In this document: positions 19,823 to 30,000 of the stretch, piece by piece
Layout of the letters: every line of letters begins with the position of its first letter
How positions within the stretch are numbered: position 1 is the first letter of the stretch
Source: an uncultured Methanosarcinales archaeon
GTDB lineage: Archaea > Nanobdellota > Nanobdellia > Woesearchaeales > GW2011-AR9
Assembly: GCA_964510085.1 (NCBI GenBank)
Contig: CAZEAB010000002.1
Span: forward strand, 35,567-99,566
Direction: 5' to 3'
Length of the DNA: 64,000 nt
The notes under the pieces: model-generated
Databases searched by the model: none
What the model was told of the DNA's origin: nothing
The model's input: the letters and a program-made list of their open reading frames with translations, nothing else
Translations under genes and position numbers: made by a program

Positions 19823-19945
19823 TGAGCAGCGTCAATTTGTGAACGATTTTTAGATAAAAACATTTATTGCCTCAGGGGGAGGGCCCCTACGGGGATGGGG
19901 CAGTGCAATGTATCTATATGAAAAGTGAACCCGACTCTGCTCACA
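19823..19945 (+). ncRNA. Unassigned long-hairpin RNA upstream of tRNA-Glu
   Basis: Nested pairings TGAGCAG.GTC/GAC.CTGCTCA, TAGATA/TATCTA, CATTTATTGCCTCA/TGGGGCAGTG.AATG, CCCC/GGGG; G-U pairs favour the + strand. Confidence 0.6.
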
Positions 19946-19989
19946 AATTAAGAAACATTTTTAAAGAGATTACCTTTTGGATTGAGTAA

Positions 19990-20108
19990 GCCCCTGTGGT
20001 GTAGTCCGGACAAATTCAAACACTGGATTCACAGGGTTTGTCTTTTGGGATAAACTATCATTCTGCCCTTTCGAGGCAGCGACCCGGGTTCAAATCCCGG
20101 CGGGGGCG
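19990..20108 (+). tRNA. tRNA-Glu(UUC) with about 44-nt D-loop intron (about 20014-20057)
   Basis: GCCCCTG-TG-GTGTAGTCCGGACAA[intron]TCAT-T-CTGCC-CT TTC GA-GGCAG-CGAC-CCGGG-TTCAAAT-CCCGG-CGGGGGC-G. Confidence 0.92.
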
Positions 20109-20154
20109 CTTTTCTTTCCACAACTATTATATACATTAATACATTCTAACAAGC

Positions 20155-20397
20155 ATGCCAAGAAAGAAGAAGAACATTGCTACACTCTGTGTGGAAATGC
20201 CATTAAGATTAATCCCAGAAACAGCTAGAGTTCTAGAATCTGTTGGAAGAAAAGGTTCAGTGTATTGTAGACAATCAGTTAATGATTATAGATTTCTAGA
20301 TGCAACTTTTACAATGACTTATCATGGCTCTAAATTTGTAAGAAGAACATCAACAGCATTTATTGACACGTTATTTAAACCAAAATACTCAAAATAA
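20155..20397 (+). CDS. Small basic hypothetical protein
   Basis: 80 aa, TATA-like TTATATA about 25 nt upstream. Confidence 0.5.
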   Translation: MPRKKKNIATLCVEMPLRLIPETARVLESVGRKGSVYCRQSVNDYRFLDATFTMTYHGSKFVRRTSTAFIDTLFKPKYSK

Positions 20398-20865
20398 TTA
20401 TTTTTTCTTATATCTCCACACTAAAATTAAAATTAGTGAAATCCCAATCAAACCCCAATTAGTTATCATAAACCATTTCGTTCCCCAACTAATTCCAGGA
20501 AAAGCCCATTCAGATACTGGCCACAGAAATGGTGTTGGTAAAAATTCTCTCGTGTGCGTAAGCATATCAAGAAATACTTGTATAGGCCATGCAAACATAA
20601 AAATAGGAATTCGTCGAAGATAAAGATATACAAAAAGAAAGATTACAGCAATCACAACCAAACTATGTCCTAACCCATAACTTGCTTGTACCCAACTTGG
20701 AAGGATGGAAGAAGGTCTTCCAACTCCGCCATTAAATAATCTATAAAAGAAAAACGGAGCCCAACTAATAATATCTGCCAGCAACCCAAACAATACAGCA
20801 AACCACACATCTTTTCTCCTATGAAAAAGAATATATGACCAAGCCCCATGTGAAAAAAAATCCAT
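20398..20865 (-). CDS. Membrane protein, YdjM-like metal-dependent hydrolase family
   Basis: N-terminal SH, G.L.D, GHSL, LD.LTH, PFLWP. Confidence 0.7.
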   Translation of the reverse strand: MDFFSHGAWSYILFHRRKDVWFAVLFGLLADIISWAPFFFYRLFNGGVGRPSSILPSWVQASYGLGHSLVVIAVIFLFVYLYLRRIPIFMFAWPIQVFLDMLTHTREFLPTPFLWPVSEWAFPGISWGTKWFMITNWGLIGISLILILVWRYKKK

Positions 20866-20888
20866 ACTTAGAAACAATACAAATCTCC

Positions 20889-21833
20889 TTATAAACTTTC
20901 CTTAAACTCCTCAAACAATGTCTTAATCTCATCAATAGATTTAACCTTCAACAACTTCCCACGTAATTCTTTACTACCCTTACACCCTTTACTAAAATTC
21001 ATTGCTTGCATTCTAATATTCGCCAATTTTATTTTATAGTTTTGAGCATACTTCAAATACTTAAAAAACGTAGTCAAACGACCTTTATCACTAACCTTCC
21101 TATAAGTTCCCTCAGATAAAAACTCATTAACCTGCGCAAACAGAAACGGATTCTTTGCAGCAGCCCTTCCAATCATCACATAATCACACCCAGTTTCAGA
21201 GATCATACGAGCAGCATCTTCTGGCGTTTCTATGTCACCATTACCACATACTGCAATTTCAACAGATTCCTTCAACTTTGTAATCAACGACCAATCTGAC
21301 TTCCCGGAATACCCTTGCTTAACAGTTCTTGGATGTAATGTAATCATCGCCAAACCTTCTTCCTCAGCAATTTTACCAATCTCTAAATACTTATCCGTTT
21401 TGTTAATACCTGCTCTTATCTTAACAGTAACTGGAACAGTAGCATGCTTCACTAACACCTTAAAAATCTCTCGAGTCAACTCTGGCTCTTGTAATAAAGC
21501 AGAACAAGCCATTGACTTTGTAATATGTGGAGCTGGACATCCCATGTTATAATCAATAATATCAAAATGTTTTGTAACTATCTTCACAGCTTCTTCTAAC
21601 TTTTCCAAATTAGAACCAAACAACTGTATAGAAATGGGCCTTTCCTTTTCAGAGAACTGAACAAACTCCATAATCTCATTTGCTTTAGCAGAAACTGCAT
21701 GTACGTTAACAAATTCAGTTACTACCAATCCCGCTCCTAATTCTTTACATATTAGACGCAGAGCTGGGTCTGATACACCTGCCATTGGTGCAAAGAATGC
21801 TTTACTTGTAAAATCTGGAAGTTTTTTCTTCAT
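20889..21833 (-). CDS. dusB: tRNA-dihydrouridine synthase (DusB-like)
   Basis: APMAGVSD, IQLFG, D.NMGCP, VTVKIRAG, HPRT..QGYSG, NGDI, MIGRAA. Confidence 0.92.
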   Translation of the reverse strand: MKKKLPDFTSKAFFAPMAGVSDPALRLICKELGAGLVVTEFVNVHAVSAKANEIMEFVQFSEKERPISIQLFGSNLEKLEEAVKIVTKHFDIIDYNMGCPAPHITKSMACSALLQEPELTREIFKVLVKHATVPVTVKIRAGINKTDKYLEIGKIAEEEGLAMITLHPRTVKQGYSGKSDWSLITKLKESVEIAVCGNGDIETPEDAARMISETGCDYVMIGRAAAKNPFLFAQVNEFLSEGTYRKVSDKGRLTTFFKYLKYAQNYKIKLANIRMQAMNFSKGCKGSKELRGKLLKVKSIDEIKTLFEEFKESL

Positions 21834-21906
21834 CTAAACTCACAAAACAAACCCCTTTTAAAAAATTATACATAAATTTTAAAAACAACATACTTAAAAT
21901 TCTATT

Positions 21907-22281
21907 ATGAATCAACACATTAAATATCCATTTAAGTTTTTAGAACCAATATTCAAAAAGGTAACACAAAAACAAATAGCACAAGCAGCTCTTATTGTAT
22001 CCTTAGCAAGCGGATATCTTACTGCAATAGGAATTCGAGAAATGGATGAATCCTATACTCCAGAAGTTGCAAGAGCAACACAAATCTATAAAGCTGTTAA
22101 TTCACACCAGCCAAGAGAAAAGAAATTACTTGCGAAAGAACATTTAGATACATTACTTCAAGAACCAGAAATAAGAAGACAATACGATAGACATTCTTCC
22201 GGTTCAGATAAAGCAACATGGGGTTTAATGGGGATCATTTTAAGTGGTTCATTAGCATACGTATTGTCAAAAAAAGATTAA
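21907..22281 (+). CDS. Hypothetical two-TM membrane protein
   Basis: Hydrophobic segments near both ends, 124 aa. Confidence 0.55.
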   Translation: MNQHIKYPFKFLEPIFKKVTQKQIAQAALIVSLASGYLTAIGIREMDESYTPEVARATQIYKAVNSHQPREKKLLAKEHLDTLLQEPEIRRQYDRHSSGSDKATWGLMGIILSGSLAYVLSKKD

Positions 22282-22847
22282 ACTCTCTCACATTTTTCTA
22301 ATAATACACTTAATTTCTCAAAACCAAACTCACTCAGAGGAATAGTCCTAAAATATTCTTGATTTAACGGGCTATATAACCTCTTCGCATTTTCCATACA
22401 CTCTAACAATCTACCTTTAGAAATAATTCCATAAAAACGAACAACACCATCCTTATTGTGACATACAATATGATAATCACCAATCTTATCCTTTTCAGTT
22501 TGAAATCTATCATCTGGATATGCAACAGATTTCCATTTGAATAATGATTGTTCAGCAACACTTCGCAAACCAACACTTACTTCTTTCCCATCAATCTTCA
22601 CAATAAAATCAGCACCAGCACCTTGCGAATCCCCTACATATTGTCCTCTATTACGGAACCAGATTCCTTTATCAATAAGAATATCTTTAAACGCATGTTC
22701 AGTTACCCAGCAATGAGTAAAATTCTTTATTTTAACATCAACATTCCTGCCTTGCTTTCCCCACCCTTCACTTTGAATCTTCCTTGTAACATCCTCTTTA
22801 ATAATAGAAATACGTTCAGGTGATACACTCTTTTCAAGATAGTTCAT
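22278..22847 (-). CDS. Putative PD-(D/E)xK-like nuclease
   Basis: TEHAF helix, GADF, VSVGLRS strand, DYHI...YGII; directly downstream of a DNA methyltransferase. Confidence 0.5.
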   Translation of the reverse strand: MNYLEKSVSPERISIIKEDVTRKIQSEGWGKQGRNVDVKIKNFTHCWVTEHAFKDILIDKGIWFRNRGQYVGDSQGAGADFIVKIDGKEVSVGLRSVAEQSLFKWKSVAYPDDRFQTEKDKIGDYHIVCHNKDGVVRFYGIISKGRLLECMENAKRLYSPLNQEYFRTIPLSEFGFEKLSVLLEKCERV

Positions 22848-22868
22848 AAAAATAGTTAATTAACCAAT

Positions 22869-23717
22869 TTATTTAATATTTTCCTTCTCTTCAATCTTCT
22901 TAAAAATTAAACAATAATGGTGATGTACATTCGGAACAAAACTATACCTATAACCATATGGATACAACGTCTTATTATCTTGACACCAGATCCTCTCACC
23001 ACGGAATTGAAAATGTTCTCTCATTCTTGTAGCAAAATCCCATGATAAGGTAACATAATTTCCTTTATTCATGTAATTCTGTAATACCACAACAAGATGT
23101 CCACCAACTTTAACCTTTGGTTTAATCTTCACAAAAATATCAACTAACCTATCCAAAAACTCTTCATATGTTTTCGCATTACCTAAATCTAAGTCATCTT
23201 CACTATATTGTGTGTCTAAACCTTCTTCCTCACGTTTTGCAGACGCTAAACCCTTCTTCTGTAACATCATTCCATACGGAGGAGATGTAACAACACAACT
23301 AATCTCCGGCAATGAATACTCCTTCCAAATCTTACCTATTTTTGACGAATCACCTTTAATAACTAACTGTTTAGATAAATCCCTTGCACCATCTTCAGTC
23401 AACGTCAATTGACTTTGTAAATCTTCAACTCTCTTCTGTGCTATATCTGCATACTTCTGCTGTAACTCAATACCAATACCATTCCGATGAGAATTATGAC
23501 ATGCAACTAACGTACTTCCTGTACCAAGAAACGGATCAAATACAACTTCTCCTTCTTTTGTAAAAAACCTAACAAACTCCTCCACCATTCCTTCAGGATA
23601 TTTTGCAGGATGTAACACCTCATTCTTCTTTCTTCTTGGAGGATTATGAACAAACCATGTTTTCGTAAACTGTAACCACTTCTTCGCCTCTAGATCGTTT
23701 AGCTTATTTACTCTCAT
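22869..23717 (-). CDS. DNA amino-methyltransferase (N4-C/N6-A, SPPY type)
   Basis: HPAKYP, VFDPFLGTGST, GIEL, TSPPY. Confidence 0.88.
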   Translation of the reverse strand: MRVNKLNDLEAKKWLQFTKTWFVHNPPRRKKNEVLHPAKYPEGMVEEFVRFFTKEGEVVFDPFLGTGSTLVACHNSHRNGIGIELQQKYADIAQKRVEDLQSQLTLTEDGARDLSKQLVIKGDSSKIGKIWKEYSLPEISCVVTSPPYGMMLQKKGLASAKREEEGLDTQYSEDDLDLGNAKTYEEFLDRLVDIFVKIKPKVKVGGHLVVVLQNYMNKGNYVTLSWDFATRMREHFQFRGERIWCQDNKTLYPYGYRYSFVPNVHHHYCLIFKKIEEKENIK

Positions 23718-23786
23718 ATCAAATTCAGTGAAATGGAAGTATATAAAATTATCATAAAATAAAATTAAAAAAAATATAAGAAAAAA

Positions 23787-24194
23787 TTATCTTTTTCTCT
23801 TTTTAGTTGCTTTTTTCTTGGTTGCTTTCTTTTTTACTGCCTTTTTCTTAACGGTCTTCTTCTTTGTAGCCTTCCGCTTAGTTGTTTTCTTCTTTGCAGT
23901 CTTTTTCTTAGCAACTTTTCGTTTTGTGGTTTTCTTTTTAGTCGCTTTTTTCTTCTTACCAGCTTTTCTACCACGAGCCATTTTTGCTCTTGCAACGTTT
24001 CCTTTCTTATCAACGAAATACAAGTAACCTGACTCCTTCTTAACTTTTGTCTTAGCAACTACTTCTTTTTTGGTTCTTCCTTTTTTCCGACCAGCTCGGC
24101 TCATTTTAGCTCTCGCTATATTTCCGTTCTTATCGACAAAATACAAGTAACCTGATTCTTTTTTTACTCCAGCTTTTGCAACAACTTGTGCCAT
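23787..24194 (-). CDS. Basic putative chromatin protein: tandem CC1-like repeat with histone-H1-like tail
   Basis: Twice VVAK..VKKESGYLYFVDK.GN.ARAKM.R, then KKAT/KKKT repeats. Confidence 0.7.
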   Translation of the reverse strand: MAQVVAKAGVKKESGYLYFVDKNGNIARAKMSRAGRKKGRTKKEVVAKTKVKKESGYLYFVDKKGNVARAKMARGRKAGKKKKATKKKTTKRKVAKKKTAKKKTTKRKATKKKTVKKKAVKKKATKKKATKKRKR

Positions 24195-24294
24195 TACACA
24201 TCCCCTCTTTTCATGTTTTTGAAAACATTGCTGTTTTCTGACGATAAAGAAACGAAATGAGTATTTAAACTTTTCTTTTTTATTGACGAGAAAT

Positions 24295-25017
24295 CTATTG
24301 TAACGTGCTCAAAACACGCTCTGCCAGTAATGCATCATTTAAATTCAAAACACCGCGGTTAAACTTCTCTTGGTCATCAAACCCAATTCTCGGACATGCA
24401 GTATTAACCCATACCTCAATAAAAGGAAAGTTCTCCAACTGACCAAATGAAATGTTATCATCAATAAAGTAATAAAATTTTTTATTCGGAAACTTCTCCT
24501 CTAACATCAAACCAGCCTTTAACTGTTCCTGTCCAGGTTTAACCGTAACAATAACTCCAACAGAATCAGACGACAAATACTTTACTAAAGCACCTTTATA
24601 TTTATTAACCAATGTAGAAATATCCTCGCTAGATAATGTATACATCTTCTTTCCAATAGGATCATTACATACAACTTCTTTTTTCTCTTTCTGCTCCTTT
24701 TGACCTAATACTAATGCCAACGGATGAAACCTACCATCCCCAACATACAAAAATGAATCAAACTCTTCTTCTAGATGTAAAGAATCATGATAACTATCAC
24801 AACCTAATAATTGAGCAACAACATGGGCTCTATCAGCCTTAGACACAATATACTTAATACTTGCTTCATCTAATTGTTTTGTAACTGTATCTAACTTAGA
24901 TACAAATTGAACAGAAGCAAATAACGCTACTTTCTTTCCTTTCAAATAATCAAGAGTATCAGAACACAATTCTACATCACCAGAGTACGGGGCATCTAAG
25001 AATAACGTATTTACCAT
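24295..25017 (-). CDS. dph2: Diphthamide biosynthesis Dph2, C-terminal two domains
   Basis: QLLGCD, VGDGRFHP, KPGQ, TACPR. Confidence 0.88.
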   Translation of the reverse strand: MVNTLFLDAPYSGDVELCSDTLDYLKGKKVALFASVQFVSKLDTVTKQLDEASIKYIVSKADRAHVVAQLLGCDSYHDSLHLEEEFDSFLYVGDGRFHPLALVLGQKEQKEKKEVVCNDPIGKKMYTLSSEDISTLVNKYKGALVKYLSSDSVGVIVTVKPGQEQLKAGLMLEEKFPNKKFYYFIDDNISFGQLENFPFIEVWVNTACPRIGFDDQEKFNRGVLNLNDALLAERVLSTLQ

Positions 25018-25280
25018 CCTTCCTTCCTCTCAAATCTATTATGTCCCCAACTAATAAGCAAATCAACACCCATTCTCTTCAAACCAAGTGGAATATCACA
25101 CGCACCAAAATTACTTCCTAACCAAATAAATACTCTCACATCCGTTTTTTCAACAAGAAAATCATGAATTCGTTGAGCTTCTGGCTTCATACCATCTGGT
25201 AGCTGAATACACACAGTTTTAGCACTAGTTTCTTCAATTTTTGCAAGTGCTTTGTCCAATTCTATCTCATACAAACCCAT
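25011..25280 (-). CDS. dph2: Diphthamide biosynthesis Dph2, N-terminal domain
   Basis: IQLPDGMK, FGACD, WGH. Confidence 0.88.
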   Translation of the reverse strand: MGLYEIELDKALAKIEETSAKTVCIQLPDGMKPEAQRIHDFLVEKTDVRVFIWLGSNFGACDIPLGLKRMGVDLLISWGHNRFERKEGW

Positions 25281-25317
25281 AGTAACATTTTTATAACCAT
25301 TCTTTATATACTTTCTT

Positions 25318-25878
25318 ATGCATAATCAAGCATTACAATTTATAGAACAAACACGAGAATACAGAGATAAAAAACTAAACACTATTGGGAGATCTCTGAA
25401 GCGTCTGGGGATTAGTCCAAATATACTCTCATTCTTCTCATTATTAACCGGTCTAACTGCAATGTACTTTGCATTTACGCATCTTGGATACTTTATTCTC
25501 TTTGCACTTCTTCATGTTACGTTTGATGGATTAGATGGTGTAGTTGCACGTCTTGGAACACCTTCTTCATACGGAGCGTACCTAGATATTGGAGTTGATA
25601 CATTTATTACTCTATTAATATTAATAAAAATTGGTTATTACATTAATGATTTCTACCCATATATCATTGCAGGATTATTTACACTAGCCGTACTAATACA
25701 CATGATTACAAAACTAAAAGCACCAATTATGTTTATGAGATCGGTAGGGCTTATTCTTATTGGTATTTCAATGGTAGTACCATTTCAAGTAGGATTTCTT
25801 ACATTCAGTTATCTTTTTGGAGGGGTTGCTACAGCATATTCATTAGCGAAACAAGTACAATTTTTTATTCAACGATAA
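25318..25878 (+). CDS. CDP-alcohol phosphatidyltransferase
   Basis: SPN.LS, DGLDG.VAR...S.YGAYLD...D signature. Confidence 0.9.
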   Translation: MHNQALQFIEQTREYRDKKLNTIGRSLKRLGISPNILSFFSLLTGLTAMYFAFTHLGYFILFALLHVTFDGLDGVVARLGTPSSYGAYLDIGVDTFITLLILIKIGYYINDFYPYIIAGLFTLAVLIHMITKLKAPIMFMRSVGLILIGISMVVPFQVGFLTFSYLFGGVATAYSLAKQVQFFIQR

Positions 25879-26269
25879 TTTTTCCAGATTGACCAATCAT
25901 AACACCATCAACGTATGTAAACTTTCCTGTATTGTCAAATGTATATGTAAATGAACTCTTTGATTTTACAAAAGGACTTTTCATATCAATAATCTCACGT
26001 ACACCAAGAAGTAATAGGGAAAGTTTCTTCCTTTCATTTCTCCATTCAATTGTAGCACCTTGAGAAATAGTAATCACTTCTGGTGTAAATCCAGTATCAT
26101 TCACTCGAACAATATGCCGCGTATATATTGTAGGACTTTTTGTAACAACATCAAATGGAGTTGAAAAGAATGGAGATAAAGATAACTCATAAGGAATAGC
26201 TACACTAGTAACACCTAATAAAACAAGTAAAATTAGTACTAAGAAAATTCTCTTAAAACATCGTGTCAT
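25865..26269 (-). CDS. Membrane-anchored cupredoxin-fold protein lacking canonical Cu ligands
   Basis: GFTPEVITI..G.TIEW.N, FTYTF...G.FTY; no Cys or His in the ligand loop. Confidence 0.7.
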   Translation of the reverse strand: MTRCFKRIFLVLILLVLLGVTSVAIPYELSLSPFFSTPFDVVTKSPTIYTRHIVRVNDTGFTPEVITISQGATIEWRNERKKLSLLLLGVREIIDMKSPFVKSKSSFTYTFDNTGKFTYVDGVMIGQSGKIIVE

Positions 26270-26768
26270 TAATCTTCAACCAATACCCAATAACATTTGC
26301 AGCCACGTGTAATAATGGACTGACAAGTAACAATATCAAAATAACTTCGGCCTTTGGAACGTAAATAACAAATGAACCAATAATCCCCCCAATTACAAAA
26401 TCAAGTTGATCAAACGGAACCCACGATTTTCCAGGTTTAATCTCTGCCTTTCTCTTATAATAACTTTTTACAGCATCTCCCACAATCGCTCCAAGACCCA
26501 TAAAGAAACCTAGCATAATTGAGAAATCGCTGTAATCAAGTAACGCTAACGCTCTAAAACCATTAATGTACGCAATTTTCTGTAACCAAAACACTAGAAG
26601 GCCAACTAACGCAGCTGAAACAAGACCTCTCCACGTTTTGTGAGAACCAAGCTTTTTCTCCCAAATTGGTTTATTTGGAACATTTAACTTCATCGCAAAA
26701 ACAGGCGCCATATTAGCAATATATGCAGGTAGAAAGAAGTATAGACTTTTAAGTATTAATTCGAGCAT
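26253..26768 (-). CDS. carS: CDP-archaeol synthase
   Basis: PAYIANMAPV, LGSHKTWRG, GD..KS..KR, PG.SW.PFDQLDF. Confidence 0.9.
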   Translation of the reverse strand: MLELILKSLYFFLPAYIANMAPVFAMKLNVPNKPIWEKKLGSHKTWRGLVSAALVGLLVFWLQKIAYINGFRALALLDYSDFSIMLGFFMGLGAIVGDAVKSYYKRKAEIKPGKSWVPFDQLDFVIGGIIGSFVIYVPKAEVILILLLVSPLLHVAANVIGYWLKINDTMF

Positions 26769-27023
26769 GGTAATAGAAACTAGTTACTGTTTAAAAAGTT
26801 GTTGAAAGTACTCTCAAATCCTCCCCCAAAGTACTAACACTCACACATAAACATTTATCATAACTTTCAATCACTTATAATACACATTACAAAACTATAT
26901 TCTCAACCACTATAAACTATTTAAATCAACTAATCTCTAGAAATATCTAAACATTACTCAATGTTTTAGGGGGGTTGGACAAATTTTGTTTAGATTTAAG
27001 AATCTCCAATTAAAAGGTTAAAG

Positions 27024-30000
27024 GTGGTAAATATGGAAAATCAAGAAACAATTACAATGGAAAAACAAGGACTTAAAATTTCACGATATTTTACAGAAGA
27101 CGGCAAAAATCCGTTTGATATGTACACATTTGAAAAACGAAGTTCAACAATAAAAAATCCAGATGGTTCATTAGTATTTAACATGGATGATGTAGAAGTC
27201 CCATCAACATGGACGCAAGTAGCAACAGATATCCTCTCACAAAAATATTTCAGAAAAGCAGGAGTTCCATTACGAAATAACGAAGGAGAACTTCTACTAG
27301 ATGAGAACGGAAAAGTAATAACTGGTTCTGAAACATCAATCAAACAAGTTGCTCACAGAATTGCAGGCTGTTGGAGACATTGGGGAGAAAAATATGGATA
27401 CTTTGCATCTCCACATGACGCAGATATATTCTATGACGAAATGGTATTCATGATTACTGGTCAATATGCTGCACCAAATTCCCCACAATGGTTTACGACA
27501 GGATTAAACTGGGCGTACGGCATTACTGGACCAGCACAAGGACATAGCTATGTAGACCCAACAACCAAAAAATTGGAACTCTCAAAAGACGCATACGTAC
27601 GAAGTCAGCCGCATGCGTGCTTTATTCAATACGTCAACGACGACCTTGTACGGGACGGTGGAATTTTCTCACTTCTAACACGAGAAGCACGAATTTTCAA
27701 ATATGGAAGTGGGACCGGAAGTAATTTCTCAAATTTACGTGGAAGAGGTGAGAACCTATCTGGTGGTGGTTCAAGTTCTGGTTTAATGAGTTTCTTAAAA
27801 ATATTCGACACGGCAGCAGGAAGTATAAAATCCGGTGGAACGACAAGAAGAGCAGCAAAGATGGTATGTCTTGACTTAGATCATCCAGAAATAAAAGATT
27901 TCATTTGGTGGAAGGTGAAAGAAGAAGAAAAAGTAGCAGACCTTGTTGCAGGATCTCGAATTCTTCACAAAAGATTATCTAAATTAATTGATGCAGCAAA
28001 AAATCAAGAGAACCCACTTGCAATACCAGCAGTACAAACAATGATTCGTGAAGCTGTACAAGATGAAATACCAATAAACTATTTAGTACGATCGTTAGAT
28101 TTAGCAAAGCAAGGATATGAAATGCCATTGGAAGTCTTTGACACACATTACGAGTCGGAAGCATATCAAACAGTTTCAGGACAAAATTCAAACAACTCCG
28201 TTCGAATTCCAAATACCTTCTTTCATGCTCTTAAAACAGGAAATGAATGGGAACTCAAAAGTAGAACAGATGGGAGTACTATCTCTACAGTCTCCCCACA
28301 AGAATTATGGGATGATATTGGATACTGTGCGTGGGCTTCAGCAGATCCAGGAGTGCAATTTGATACCACCATCAATGAATGGCACACCTGTCCAGCTGGA
28401 GGAAGGATTAACGGAAGTAATCCATGCAGTGAATATATGTTCCTTGATGACACAGCATGTAACCTTGCATCTATCAACTTACGAAAATTCTATGATGATA
28501 CAAATAACACATTCGACGTAGTTGGATACAGACACGCAATTCGTCTATGGACTATCGCATTAGAAATATCTGTATTAATGGCACACTTCCCCTCAGAAAA
28601 AATTGCAGAACGTTCCTATCTTTACAGGACTCTAGGTTTAGGATATGCAAATGTAGGTTCTCTATTAATGATGAAAGGAATTACATACGATAGTGATGAA
28701 GGAAGAGCAATTGCAGGAGCTATGGCGGCAATCTTAACAGGAGATTCATATGCAACCTCTGCAGAACTCGCAAAAACACTTGGAGCATTTGAAGAATACG
28801 AAAAAAACAAAGAACCAATGTTACAAGTTATCAGAAACCATAGACGTGCTGCATACAATCAAACAGATTATGAAGGATTGTCAGTTACGCCATTAGGAAT
28901 CAACCAGGAATTATGTCCTCAAAATTTACTAAAAGCAGCTCATAGTGCGTGGGATAATGCACTTGAATGGGGGACACAATACGGATTTCGAAATGCACAA
29001 ACAACAGTTATTGCACCAACTGGAACAATTGGCTTAGTAATGGATTGTGATACAACAGGAGTAGAACCAGACTATGCACTTGTTAAATTTAAAAAATTAG
29101 CAGGTGGCGGTTTCTTTAAAATCGTAAACCAATCCGTTCCAAAAGCACTTCTTAATTTGGGATATGAAGAAAATGAAGTTCGAGAGATTATTGCATATTG
29201 CCTAGGAAGAGGCACGTTTGATGGTTCACCGACAATTAACAGAGAATCATTACTTGCAAAAGGACTTGATGAAAAACAGATTTCGGCAGTTGAAAAAGAA
29301 CTTGGAAATTCAATGGATATAACCTTTATGTTTAATGAATTTACCCTCGGTGAAGAATTTTACAAAAGCAAAATTGGAAACAACAAAAACTTTCTTCACG
29401 TAATTGGTTTCACTCAAGAAGACATAACTAAAGCAAATAATTACATCTGCGGAACAATGACTTTAGAAGGAGCACCACATTTGAAAGAAGAACACTACCC
29501 TGTGTTTGATTGTGCAAATAAATGTGGAAATACTGGAACAAGGTACATCCATCCGTATGGTCACATGAAAATGCTTGCTGCAGTTCAACCATTCATATCT
29601 GGTGCAATTTCAAAAACAATTAACATGCCACGGGAATGGACTGTTGAACAAATAAAGAAAGCATACCAAGATTCATGGAAAATGATGATTAAAGCAGTTG
29701 CTCTATATCGAGACGGATGTAAATTATCACAACCTCTAAATGCAACATTAAGTGAATCATCTGAATTTGCAAAGATACTTGCAGCACCAACAACAAAGGT
29801 AACAACACAAACTGCTTCGGAACCACTTGCACAGACCCCACTAGCTGCTCTTACAAGAATCATTAAACAAGTTCAAGTTGGAATGAAAAAAGTGGCATAC
29901 CATGCAGAGATTCACACAGATGTTTTAACAAACGTTAATATTCAGATGGAATGGGTCTCACCAATTCAGAAAGTAACCATGGACGCACTTTGTAATGTTG

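Noticed and set aside
19823..19945. 5S rRNA or RNase P RNA assignment
   Set aside because: No CCGAAC loop of 5S rRNA and no GAGGAAAGUCC-type P4 motif on either strand
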